Shown here: piece by piece, positions 1 through 9,800 of the stretch
Layout: every line of letters begins with the position of its first letter
How positions within the stretch are numbered: position 1 is the stretch's first letter
From: Lewinellaceae bacterium
GTDB taxonomy: Bacteria; Bacteroidota; Bacteroidia; Chitinophagales; Saprospiraceae
DNA: 64,000 bases
Direction: 5' to 3'
NCBI GenBank assembly: GCA_020636275.1
Contig: JACJYD010000001.1
Coordinates: forward strand, 80,868 to 144,867
Program-made: the position numbers and the translations under genes
The notes under the pieces: generated by a model
What the model was told of the DNA's origin: nothing
Seen by the model: only the letters and a program-made list of their open reading frames with translations
Databases searched by the model: none

Positions 1-189
1 ATACCGATCAACCGGATTACAGAAGAGGAGTTGGCCGCACATCCCTATCTCAGCAGGAAACAGGCACATGTGATCCTGTTGTTCCGGGAAAATCACGGCG
101 GTTTTAAAAGCCTGGACGATCTGAAGCCCATCCGGGTGCTACCTGACTCCACCCTGCAGAAGCTGACCCCCTATCTGACCTTTGAATAA
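1..189 (+). CDS. C-terminal fragment of a ComEA-like helix-hairpin-helix DNA-binding protein (5' end outside window)
   Basis: Frame 1 is open from base 1 to TAA at 187-189. The translation ...EEELAAHPYLSRKQAHVILLFRENHGGFKSLDDLKPIRVLPDSTLQKLTPYLTFE resembles ComEA HhH C-termini. It ends 6 nt upstream of comEC. Confidence 0.55.
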   Translation: MPINRITEEELAAHPYLSRKQAHVILLFRENHGGFKSLDDLKPIRVLPDSTLQKLTPYLTFE

Positions 190-195
190 CGAGCT

Positions 196-2295
196 ATGGA
201 AAAACGAGCGTCCAGACAGTTCAACTGGAAAGAGATGCCCATGCTCCGGCTTTTGTTGCCGTTTTTGGCAGGTATCCCGATGGGGGTTCTTTTCCCCGAA
301 GTCCCCTCTTCCATACCCTTCTGGGGAATGGGGGTGGGAGCCATAGGTAGTTTGATGCTGACCCGTCGGAAGATCCCTTATTCCCTTCGACATGTCTATG
401 CCCTGTGTTGCCTGTTATTCTGGCTTTGCGCGGGGATGAACCTGAGCAGACAGCATCTGGCATTCGAGTGGGCCGACTATTTTATACACCAAAACCACCC
501 TGGGGAAGAATGGATCGGAAAGGTGATCGAAACATCGGACGGCTCTTTCCAAAAAGCCATCGTCGAAATACAGGAAGCATGGTGTCCGGGAGAAGAAGGA
601 CGACGGGTAAAGGGCCGGGCCCTGATCTATCCGGAAGACCCCCTTGAAACCGGACAAGTCATTCTATTCCAGGCTGAATTCCAACCCATTCCAGCAAAGC
701 GCAATCCAATGGATTTCGACCACCGCCGGTACCGTTTTTTTCAGAATATTCATCACCAGGCTAATATCCGGAACGGTCAATACCAGGTGATCAGGAAGGA
801 GCCCCTCCATAAACTCGCAGCCTGGCGAAACAAGCAGATCGCCCTTTGGAAAAAATTGTTAAAGGACCAGGCAGTCTACTCCGTAGCCACGGCGATGGTG
901 CTGGGCTACAAAGAAGACCTGCCCGAGGAAGTCAGGGCGACCTATGCACAAACGGGCGCTTCGCATGTATTGGCCGTATCCGGACTGCATGTGGGCCTGA
1001 TCTATTTGTTGCTCACGGGACTATTCCGAAAGGGAAACCGAAAGATCGTGCATATTGCAAACACCATGGTGTGCCTTACCGGAATATGGGGTTTTGCCCT
1101 ACTGACAGGTGCAGCACCATCAGTGATCAGGGCAGCCACAATGTTCAGCTTCATCCTGGTGGGAAAACAGATGCGCCGCCATATATCCATATTCAACTCG
1201 ATCGCCGCTTCCGCTTTTTTCCTGTTGATCGTCAACCCATTCTGGCTATTCCATATCGGTTTCCAATTATCCTACCTGGCGGTATTGGGAATTGTCATTT
1301 TTCAACCGCTTTGGTACCATTTGTGGATACCACCCAACGCTATTCTGGAAAAAATCTGGACGCTGATCACGGTTTCCCTGGCGGCACAGCTGTCCACACT
1401 CCCGCTAACCCTTTATTACTTCCATCAATTTCCGGCCTATTTCTGGTTGTCCGGCCTGATTGTCGTCCCTGCGGCGCCTTTCATTATTGGCCTTGGCATA
1501 TTGATGGTCCTTTTTCAGTACATCTGGCCGGCGGCGACCTGGATACCTGCTTTTTTATTGAATAAACTGATCGGAGCCGTCAATTGGATCCTGGTGGAAA
1601 TCCAACACCTTCCAAAGAGTGTGTGGCAAGACATTTACCTGCCCGGAGCGAGCTTGCTGCTTCTCTTTATGGGAATACTTCTGCTGGCCTGGATCTGGGA
1701 GTTGCACCGGTGGAGAAACCTGCCGGCATTGTTGCTGATCCTGAATGCAGCAGTTATCGTGCGTTTCCATGCTGAGGCCACTCGCTATCTCAGGGAAAAA
1801 ATGGTGGTTTATTATGCATCCCGGGAAACCCTGGTAGACTACATCAACCGAGGTACGATGATCACATTGAAAAGCGACTCCCTATCAGTCGGAAAAGAGG
1901 AGCAGATCGCCGGCGCATTCCGAAAACAGCACCGGGTAAAAACGCATGAAACCTGGTATATTCGGGAAACAGGGGCGCATGTTAAACTCGGCGATTTCGA
2001 GGGACATATCCTTTATCCAGGACGACCCGAGCCTGTATCGCCAACTGGAACAGGAGCGGATTTCACCCTTTTATGCAATAATCCAGAGGTTTCTATAGAA
2101 GAGATCGAGGTGAGAGGTATACTCATTGCCGATGCCTCCAATTGGAGAGGAAACATTCACCGCTGGAAGGAGATCAGCCGGCAGAAAGGATGGACTTTTG
2201 TGGATATCCGGGAAAAGGGCGCGATCATTCTATCGGCTAGGCGGTCGTTTCCTTCGAAGTTACGTTTTCCAGAAAAGAATTCAGGTACTGATTGA
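196..2295 (+). CDS. comEC: ComEC/Rec2 family competence (DNA internalisation) membrane protein
   Basis: 699-aa polytopic ORF. It has the conserved competence-domain signature YAQTGASHVLAVSGLHVGLIYLLL and many transmembrane segments. It lies directly after the ComEA-like fragment. Confidence 0.8.
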   Translation: MEKRASRQFNWKEMPMLRLLLPFLAGIPMGVLFPEVPSSIPFWGMGVGAIGSLMLTRRKIPYSLRHVYALCCLLFWLCAGMNLSRQHLAFEWADYFIHQNHPGEEWIGKVIETSDGSFQKAIVEIQEAWCPGEEGRRVKGRALIYPEDPLETGQVILFQAEFQPIPAKRNPMDFDHRRYRFFQNIHHQANIRNGQYQVIRKEPLHKLAAWRNKQIALWKKLLKDQAVYSVATAMVLGYKEDLPEEVRATYAQTGASHVLAVSGLHVGLIYLLLTGLFRKGNRKIVHIANTMVCLTGIWGFALLTGAAPSVIRAATMFSFILVGKQMRRHISIFNSIAASAFFLLIVNPFWLFHIGFQLSYLAVLGIVIFQPLWYHLWIPPNAILEKIWTLITVSLAAQLSTLPLTLYYFHQFPAYFWLSGLIVVPAAPFIIGLGILMVLFQYIWPAATWIPAFLLNKLIGAVNWILVEIQHLPKSVWQDIYLPGASLLLLFMGILLLAWIWELHRWRNLPALLLILNAAVIVRFHAEATRYLREKMVVYYASRETLVDYINRGTMITLKSDSLSVGKEEQIAGAFRKQHRVKTHETWYIRETGAHVKLGDFEGHILYPGRPEPVSPTGTGADFTLLCNNPEVSIEEIEVRGILIADASNWRGNIHRWKEISRQKGWTFVDIREKGAIILSARRSFPSKLRFPEKNSGTD

Positions 2296-3016
2296 ACAGT
2301 TGGGGGTGTTCCATCATCGGAGCGTGGCCACACTTATCCACGAAATAGAGCCGGGAATTGGGGATCAACTCTGCAAATTTTTCCGCGACGAAGGGGGGAG
2401 TGATATCGTCCTGATTGCCCCATATCAGTAATACCGGTACTTTGATAGTATAAAGCCGGTCGCCCACGTTGTGGCGGATCGCCGATTTGGCGGTAGCCAA
2501 GACCCGGATGGCCTTGTTTCGGTCATTTACAATATCGAATACTTCATCGACCAATTCCTTGGTCGCCACTTTGGGATCGTAAAAGGTGGACTCCGTCTTG
2601 GTTTTTATGAACTGGTAATCCCCTCTTCTAGGAAACGTGGATCCCATAGCATTTTCAAAGAGCCCGGAACTCCCTGTCAGGATAAGCGAACGCACCATTT
2701 TGGGATTCGCCAGTGCGTAGAGCAGAGAAATATGCCCGCCCAGGGAATTACCCAGGACATGCACGCTTTTATACTTTTTAAATTTTACAAAATCCTCCAC
2801 GTGGTCAACCAACCCGGACAAGGACACTTTCCGGATCGGTAATTCATAAATGGGTAAGATGGGAACGATCACGTTGAATCGTTTTCCAAACTCATCCAGG
2901 ATGGATTCGAAATTACTGAGGGCCCCAAAAAGCCCGTGCAGGAGCATAAGATTTTCATTGCCTCCACGAGTCTCAATGTAATTGAACTTCCCCTCGGTTT
3001 GGATTTCGTAATTCAT
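2237..3016 (-). CDS. alpha/beta-fold hydrolase
   Basis: 259 aa with an LHGLFG oxyanion-type motif near the N-terminus and the nucleophile elbow GNSLGGH. The length is typical of the family. Confidence 0.75.
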   Translation of the reverse strand: MNYEIQTEGKFNYIETRGGNENLMLLHGLFGALSNFESILDEFGKRFNVIVPILPIYELPIRKVSLSGLVDHVEDFVKFKKYKSVHVLGNSLGGHISLLYALANPKMVRSLILTGSSGLFENAMGSTFPRRGDYQFIKTKTESTFYDPKVATKELVDEVFDIVNDRNKAIRVLATAKSAIRHNVGDRLYTIKVPVLLIWGNQDDITPPFVAEKFAELIPNSRLYFVDKCGHAPMMEHPQLFNQYLNSFLENVTSKETTA

Positions 3017-3135
3017 ATAAGCAATTCCTGGTTTGAATGCTAAAGGTAGTCAAGTGCTTGGACAAAAACAATTGCTAAGACCCAAGTATGGGCCACCTAT
3101 CTATAAAAACACTTATATCAAGCAGTTAACATGTT

Positions 3136-3334
3136 TGTGGAAATACCTGTGAATAATTCAACAATAGTTTTTCAAAAAAGTAAGAAATAAATGTGTTTAA
3201 AGGCTTTTCTGCCATTTATCCACATTTACACATAGCGTATCAATTTATTCAATTAAAAGCAGTTATATAGGTTATCCACAAAATTTCGGTAGAAAACAAA
3301 AAGTTTCAACTCTTTTTCCACAATATTATCCACA
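3136..3334. other. DnaA-box cluster A (candidate oriC half or DnaA-regulated region)
   Basis: Perfect TTATCCACA at 3216-3224, 3272-3280 and 3326-3334. TTTTCCACA (8/9) at 3314-3322. An inverted TGTGGAAAT (7/9) at 3136-3144. All lie in the 319-bp AT-rich gap between the hydrolase and ctaA. Confidence 0.6.
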
Positions 3335-3335
3335 G

Positions 3336-4418
3336 TCAAGCTTTTCTGCCTGAGAACCCTCCCCTATAGGTTAGGTATAGCAGCGCTGCCAGTAACAAAA
3401 GCGCCCCTCCCTGGTGAAGCACCCCGTATGTGACCGGAACCCTTCCGATGCAAGATATGACCGTCAATACTCCCAGCAGGAACTGAAGGAACAGGGCGGC
3501 AAATAGAAGCCAGGCCGCTTTGATGAGTTGAGCGGAAGGGTTCCATTTGTGTAACTTCAGCAAGAGTGCCAAAATGAGAATCGTCAGCAAATAAGCGAAA
3601 GTCCGGTGAGCCACTTGTGCCCATGCCTTCACAGAGAGGGCCGGTTCGTAATCGATCCAGGAGCCAATGGAAGCCCCATCCCGGGCTGACAGGGCATCCA
3701 GCAGGGACTGTCCGTGGATAAAAAAGGGAAAGTGGGGGTGAACGAGTCCGGCTCGCATACCCGCCATCAGGCCTCCTAAGGCGATCTGAACCAACAGGAC
3801 CGCCGATAGGCTCCATCCCCACCGGCGGATCCGCCGGCTGTATTCCTCCGCAGGTGGCCTGCCGTTTGACAGCAACCAGGTCCAAAAGAGCACCCCGAAT
3901 AAAAAGGTGGCGATCAGGAGGTGAATGATCAGCTTGTAAGCGCTGACCCAGGTTCGGGTATCGTCATTCAGTCCGCTGGCTACCATGATCCAACCGAACG
4001 TAGCTGCCAGGGTCGCCAGGAAAATAACGATTCCAAGCCGGGCGATCAGCCATTTGGGGATCCATTTCTTGGCCCAGAAGAAGAGGAAAGGAACCAGAAA
4101 TACCAATCCCATCAGTCTGGCCCACAGACGGTGTATGTATTCCCAGAAAAAAATGACCTTGAATTCCCCAAGCGTCATATCGGCATGGAGGGTTTCGTAC
4201 TGCTTGCGGGCAGCCACCTTATACGCCTCAAAGGCTTTCTGCCACTGGGCCTCGTTCATCGGGGGCAGCGTTCCCTGTATGACAGCCCACTCGGTAATGG
4301 AAAGTCCGGAATCGGTCAGGCGGGTCACACCGCCAATGACGACCTGAAAGAAAACCATAATAACGCCGGCCAGGAGCCAGTAGCGCACAGCCGGTCGGAT
4401 GGAGGTATGTGTATTCAT
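3336..4418 (-). CDS. ctaA: COX15/CtaA family heme A synthase
   Basis: 360-aa polytopic protein with the N-terminal signature VIGGVTRLTDSGLSITEW typical of COX15/CtaA, plus conserved His residues in transmembrane helices. Confidence 0.8.
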   Translation of the reverse strand: MNTHTSIRPAVRYWLLAGVIMVFFQVVIGGVTRLTDSGLSITEWAVIQGTLPPMNEAQWQKAFEAYKVAARKQYETLHADMTLGEFKVIFFWEYIHRLWARLMGLVFLVPFLFFWAKKWIPKWLIARLGIVIFLATLAATFGWIMVASGLNDDTRTWVSAYKLIIHLLIATFLFGVLFWTWLLSNGRPPAEEYSRRIRRWGWSLSAVLLVQIALGGLMAGMRAGLVHPHFPFFIHGQSLLDALSARDGASIGSWIDYEPALSVKAWAQVAHRTFAYLLTILILALLLKLHKWNPSAQLIKAAWLLFAALFLQFLLGVLTVISCIGRVPVTYGVLHQGGALLLLAALLYLTYRGGFSGRKA

Positions 4419-4459
4419 ATGACTTGCATGATTGAATGCCTAAAAGTACCCAATCCTGG

Positions 4460-4935
4460 ATTTCCACAGGGTATTCTATTATTAATAATACTCTTTTAAA
4501 AATTTAAAAAAATTCACCCCTTATTATCAGGGGTGTTAATTTGTACAAACTTTTTTTTATCAACTATTGCGAATGGGATTTATGCACCACTTACTATAAT
4601 TTTACACAGCGTAAATGCCCGGCCTCTATTTCAGGATCAATTATTTAGCCAATTATCAACGGGCAGTGGAAAAACCTTGCACCGGATCAGCTGGATAATT
4701 TTTCCGTTTCTAACATCCCGTGAATCGTTAGTATCATGTGTGTAAGCAGTGGAAATATCCACAGAAAGAAAGATGTATTTTGAAATTAACATATTTGACA
4801 TTCTTACATTCTTAACCATTGTGGAATAACGTAGACTTATTGACGAGATATCCCCAAAGCGCAGTGGAAAACGATTTTTTATAAAGGATTGATTTTTATA
4901 ATTTTAGGGTTACAGGTATAAATACCAGTGGAAAT
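4460..4935. other. DnaA-box-like cluster B plus A/T tract (candidate oriC half with DNA-unwinding element)
   Basis: ATTTCCACA at 4460-4468. CAGTGGAAA(A/T) occurs four times (4664-4673, 4747-4756, 4862-4871, 4926-4935). ATATCCACA at 4755-4763 and TGTGGAATA at 4820-4828. The 43-nt tract 4472-4514 contains no G and only three C. Confidence 0.45.
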
Positions 4936-4950
4936 CTAAAAAGTCAGCGT

Positions 4951-5637
4951 ATGTGTGGTCGGTTTTCCCTCGCCGTTTCGGAGAATAAGATCCAGGAGGA
5001 GCTCCCATTTGTGGATCCTGGATCGAACCTGCGTATCAGCTATAATATAGCACCCACGCAACATGCCTATGTCGTTACGGACGATCAGCCGGACCGGCTG
5101 CAGTATATAACGTGGGGGCTGGTCCCCTATTGGTCCGAAGAAGGAAAGAATACAGGTAAGTTGATCAATGCCCGTTCGGAGGGGATCGAGAGCAAGCCTT
5201 CTTTCCGCGTACCGATCCGCAAGCGCCGTTGTTTGGTTTTGGCCGACAGTTTTTACGAATGGCGCACCATCGACCACAAGAAGATCCCCTACCGGATACT
5301 CCCCAAAGACGGCTCCTTGCTGGTCATGGCCGGTATCTGGGACCTTTGGGAAAAAGATGGGTATCCCATAAAGAGTTTTTCCATCATAACGACTACACCC
5401 AACCGGGAGATCGGTTCGTTGCACAACCGCATGCCCGTTATATTGCCAACCAATAGGGACCGGCAAAAATGGCTGGACCTCCTGGAGATCGAGGAGGCGC
5501 TCGAGTTTTTACACCCGCCCAAAGACGGGTATTTCAAGATATACCGGGTATCGGATGATTTGAACAGTCCGCGGAATAACATGCCGGAATTGCATCAGGA
5601 GGTACAGGAGAACCTGGACCTGTTTTCGCAGCGATAA
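4951..5637 (+). CDS. yedK: SOS response-associated peptidase (SRAP/YedK family, abasic-site processing protein)
   Basis: 228 aa beginning MCGRFSL, the invariant Cys2 N-terminus of the SRAP family. The length is typical. Confidence 0.8.
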   Translation: MCGRFSLAVSENKIQEELPFVDPGSNLRISYNIAPTQHAYVVTDDQPDRLQYITWGLVPYWSEEGKNTGKLINARSEGIESKPSFRVPIRKRRCLVLADSFYEWRTIDHKKIPYRILPKDGSLLVMAGIWDLWEKDGYPIKSFSIITTTPNREIGSLHNRMPVILPTNRDRQKWLDLLEIEEALEFLHPPKDGYFKIYRVSDDLNSPRNNMPELHQEVQENLDLFSQR

Positions 5638-5706
5638 GAATAACAGAAAGAGTGGGATTGCCTGTTCTTTCTGTTTATACTCAAAGAAAAGTGGTTTTCC
5701 TTTAGT

Positions 5707-6774
5707 TTAATATCTAAAATTAAGCAAGAAATCGCGTACAGTCTGGTCAAACAAAGGCCCTTCTCCGAAGTGGAAAGCGACCCGGAGAGGGAGGACGAAA
5801 ATAGGCATACGGGTTTCCAGGAGAAAGTCCCTGTGCAGTTCCAGCCTCACCGCATCCTTTTCGGTCGTCAGGATGATCTTGTTTTCGGCTTCCATATTGT
5901 CGAATATCTCTTTCAGCCGGGAGATATCGTAGTTGGAGAAATAGTGGTGGTCTTCAAATTCGAGAGAATACAGGGAGGCAGTCCGTTCTTCTAAATATTC
6001 GGTAAGGTATTCGGTACCGGCGATCGCTGACAACAGCAATACATGGTGATTGCCATCGAGCGCCAGGCGCTGGCGCCCGTCGTAGATGGAATAGGGCGAT
6101 CCGTATTCAAAATAGGAAAAGAAAAGCCGTTGGTGCGGAAGGGGTGCCAGTTCTTTGGCCAGTTGTTCCTTCTCTTCCGGGGACATTTCCGGCGGACATT
6201 TCGACACGATCATAATATCGGCGCGATGGTAAGAGGAACGCCATTCGCGCAGGCGTCCACTGGGCAGCAGGTAGTCGCGTGTAAAGGGGTGCCGGTAGTT
6301 GGTAAGAAGGATATTCAGGCCAGGTTTGACAGAGAGATGTTGAAAAGCATCATCCAGGAGGATCGCCTGAGCGTTGGGGAAATACTTCAATATTTCAAGG
6401 ATGCCAAACGTTCTGCTTTCCGCCACACTCACAAAAACATCCGGAAATTTTCGTTTGAACATCAAGGGTTCATCCCCGGCTTCTTCAGCGTTGTGGTTGG
6501 GTTTTATCGGTAGAAATCCCTTTGTTTTTCGCAAATATCCCCTGCTGAGGGTAGCGACGTGGATGTAGTCTTTCAGGAGCCGGACCAGGTATTCGATGTG
6601 AGGGGTCTTTCCCGTGCCGCCGACCGAGAGGTTACCCACTGAGATGACGGGTACGCTGAACTCTACATCTTTCAACACACCCCAGCGGTAAAAGGCATTG
6701 CGGATGCTCACGCCCAACCCGTAGAGCAGGGAAAAGGGAGCGAGCAATATTTTTATCAAGAGGGATTGTATCAT
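5707..6774 (-). CDS. lpxK: tetraacyldisaccharide 4'-kinase
   Basis: 355 aa with an N-terminal membrane helix followed by the P-loop VGNLSVGGTGKTP characteristic of LpxK. Confidence 0.85.
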   Translation of the reverse strand: MIQSLLIKILLAPFSLLYGLGVSIRNAFYRWGVLKDVEFSVPVISVGNLSVGGTGKTPHIEYLVRLLKDYIHVATLSRGYLRKTKGFLPIKPNHNAEEAGDEPLMFKRKFPDVFVSVAESRTFGILEILKYFPNAQAILLDDAFQHLSVKPGLNILLTNYRHPFTRDYLLPSGRLREWRSSYHRADIMIVSKCPPEMSPEEKEQLAKELAPLPHQRLFFSYFEYGSPYSIYDGRQRLALDGNHHVLLLSAIAGTEYLTEYLEERTASLYSLEFEDHHYFSNYDISRLKEIFDNMEAENKIILTTEKDAVRLELHRDFLLETRMPIFVLPLRVAFHFGEGPLFDQTVRDFLLNFRY

Positions 6775-6808
6775 TTCATTCTTTACAATTTTCCGACCGT
6801 ATCCAGCC

Positions 6809-9800
6809 CTAGCGGATTATGACCATTTTCCCGTATCCTTTCTCAAAATAAGCATCGGCGCCGGAAGCATACGCTTTAAAGTTTTCCCCATTGGCCTTTT
6901 TGGCAACGATCCGGTATAGGTACACGCCATTAGCCAAGGGGTCTCCGAATTGATCCCGTCCATCCCAGGCATAATCCGTCAGGTGCGTACCGATATGCAT
7001 AGGGCCGATCTCGTTTTGCGTGATCTCCCGTACCACCCTTCCCGATACGGTCAGGATCTGGATGGTGAAATAAGCCGGCGGTTCGGACCCCGTCAAGGTA
7101 TAAAGAAAACGCGTACTAGTGGAAAAAGGATTGGGGTAATTGAGCACATTGGAGATCATGGATTCAGTGATGACCTTGAAGGAGATCTTGTAGTCGTAGC
7201 CGAACGTGTTGAGGGAAACCACGTGATTGATATCGCCGGTTTCATTTCCCGTAGCGTCTTTCGCTTCGACGTATAGGGAATAGGTTCCATCATTGATAAA
7301 AGCAGGATTGAATTCGACCCGGGCCCGGTTATTCTTTCCATTTTGGATATTCGCCGGGTAGAACTGGATGCGCTCATCGGTAAAACGCAATCGTTCTTCC
7401 GCACCATCGGGGTGTACCAGCAGCAGCCGAAACAGGGAAGTATCTTCCAGCGCGAGGTAGGGGTTCTCGTCCTTCAGCTGGATCTGGATCTGGGGCGTGG
7501 CTGATACCAGATCGCCATCGAGGATATGCATGCCGTCGAAGGTAACATCGAGCAGCGGATTGCGCAGGTCCCTTTCCACAAAGAATTGAAGAACGCCTAC
7601 GTTATTAATATGTGTCTGTTCGGGCTGGTCCCCATCCGGGTTGATATCGATCGTGAGTTGATGGACACCGGTAGAAGGCCGGGTGTCGTAGGTCAGGTGG
7701 GTGATCAGGGTATCGCGGGCAGGCAGGGGACGGAGGCGTTTTTCGATATTCGTCGGCTCGTTCTGCGCATTGACAATGGTATAGCGCACCAGGAGGCTAT
7801 CCATATCATAGTCGCTCAGGTTTTCGGTGGCAATTTCCAGCGTCAGGGGCGCTCCCTGGAGAAGCGTATCGCTTTGCAGGGAGAAATGGCTGGCCGGATC
7901 GAGGGCAGCTTCGGGTACGCCCACGTAGTGGACACGCCAATACTCCAGATTAGGCGGTGTTTTTTGGATGGGGTCTTTGGCGTAGTATTCGAGTTTTATT
8001 TTTGGAAACCGGCTTGCATCGATCTTGTCCAGCGAAAAAACGTAGTCGCCTTTCAGGACATTATCATAGAGCAGCGAATCCGGGCCTGTCGGTCGTATAC
8101 CCCAAATGCTCAATTTTATGTCATCTTGGTCGGGATTAAAGCCGCTGAATTTCCATTCCAGGGACTCCCACTTGGTAGCGGGGCCAATGGGGGAAGAGGT
8201 GAGGGAGCCTTCGGTCCAGGAGCCGGGGAAGGAGACGTTGAGTTCGGTTTGGGTTAGAAAATTACCTATTTTTTCCCAGGTAGAACCGGGGCTGTTTTTT
8301 TGAAAGAAAAGGTTGTAGGGCTTGGCTCCCAGGGTTGCCAGGCCATGGATTTGAGCAGCACCTTGGGCTTCAAGTACATCAAAAAGGCTTATGCCTCCAT
8401 TGATGGTATCGTTGTCCCATTCCTGGGGTTTGTAATTAGCATTGACTCCATTTTGGCAAGTGAACATGAGTACATAATAGCCATCAGGCACTTTTTCATC
8501 CAGGAATTTGATTACCTGGGAACGCTGTATTGAATCACTGGTTAGGAAGAGAAAGGACCTTTTGAAACTATAAGGATTATTAGAATCATAGGGAGGAGTC
8601 CAGTCAATACCATTAATTGAAGAAATTTGAATAGGTTTAATATTAACAGGATCTAACACTGCGAAGAACAGTCCTGCCGGAATTTGCCCCCAATACTCCT
8701 GATGGGCAGGCACAGGGTAAAAATTTTCCTGATTTCTTATGTACCGAGGATTTTTTAGGTCTAGATTTCGGGCATTATTCCGGATCTTAAAATCCACCAC
8801 ATCATCAATAAACCGGAGCAATCTGCTGGTGGAATCCAATTTCATATCCACAAAATTGTCGTAATTGCGGATCTGGTAGAAATGCGATTGGTTCCAGCCA
8901 GGTGAGCTATTGGGGAGGTAGACGAACGAAGAGGCTCGCCAGCGGTAAGACCCGGTGAGTGAGCTATCCGGGCTAATGCGCCAGTAGTAAACCGTATTGG
9001 GTTGATAGGCGATCTCCGGCGTCCATTTGACGATACCCCCGGATTGGGAGATGGATGTACTTAATTTAAAGGGGCTATCGAACCGCTCGGTGGTATCGAT
9101 CTCCATCCAATAGGTGAGCTGCGGGAAGAATGGGCTGCCGGTTGAGGCGCTGAAAGTGACGGGCATGGTATTGACAATCCCGAAATTGGCCGGATAGAGC
9201 GGTTGGGCATCCGCCGCGCTGATGTAGACCGGGTGAGAAAGAATGTTATTGTCTTCAGCGCCAAACGGTTTTTCTTCAATATCATTTTCTGCATCGACGG
9301 TTATTCTATAGAGGTTGACGCCCACCAGATCATCATCGTCCGGGATCGGGAGCGTGTATGCTAAAGGAGAAGAGTAGGAAGGAGCTGGAATTGTATCCAC
9401 CAGAAGGGTGAATTCGGAATTGTTGGGCAAAATCTGCTCGATCCGGACGACCAGGGTAGTATCGGGGAGGTTTTGGCCGATGTTCCAGATGTCGAATTTT
9501 AGTTGGAAGGAATCCAATGTAGTGGTTAGCAAAGGTGGATCGATTTTTACGCTGGCGGGGTCGGGCAGGTAGTCGGGGCCGGGCCGGGGATTGATCACGA
9601 GACTAGGGTCTCCCTGGATGGAGGTTTGCTCTCCAAGCATGAGGTCGCCGTTGAAGTTGGATTCCCCTAAAATCTTCAGCGTTTCCTTCAGGATATTTCC
9701 AATAGACGCCCCATATAGTTCTCCCCCCAATTTCTGATAGTAATTGCTGCCTAGGATATTCAGTGAAGAGGTAAATCCATAGCCAGGGGAGGAAATGAGG

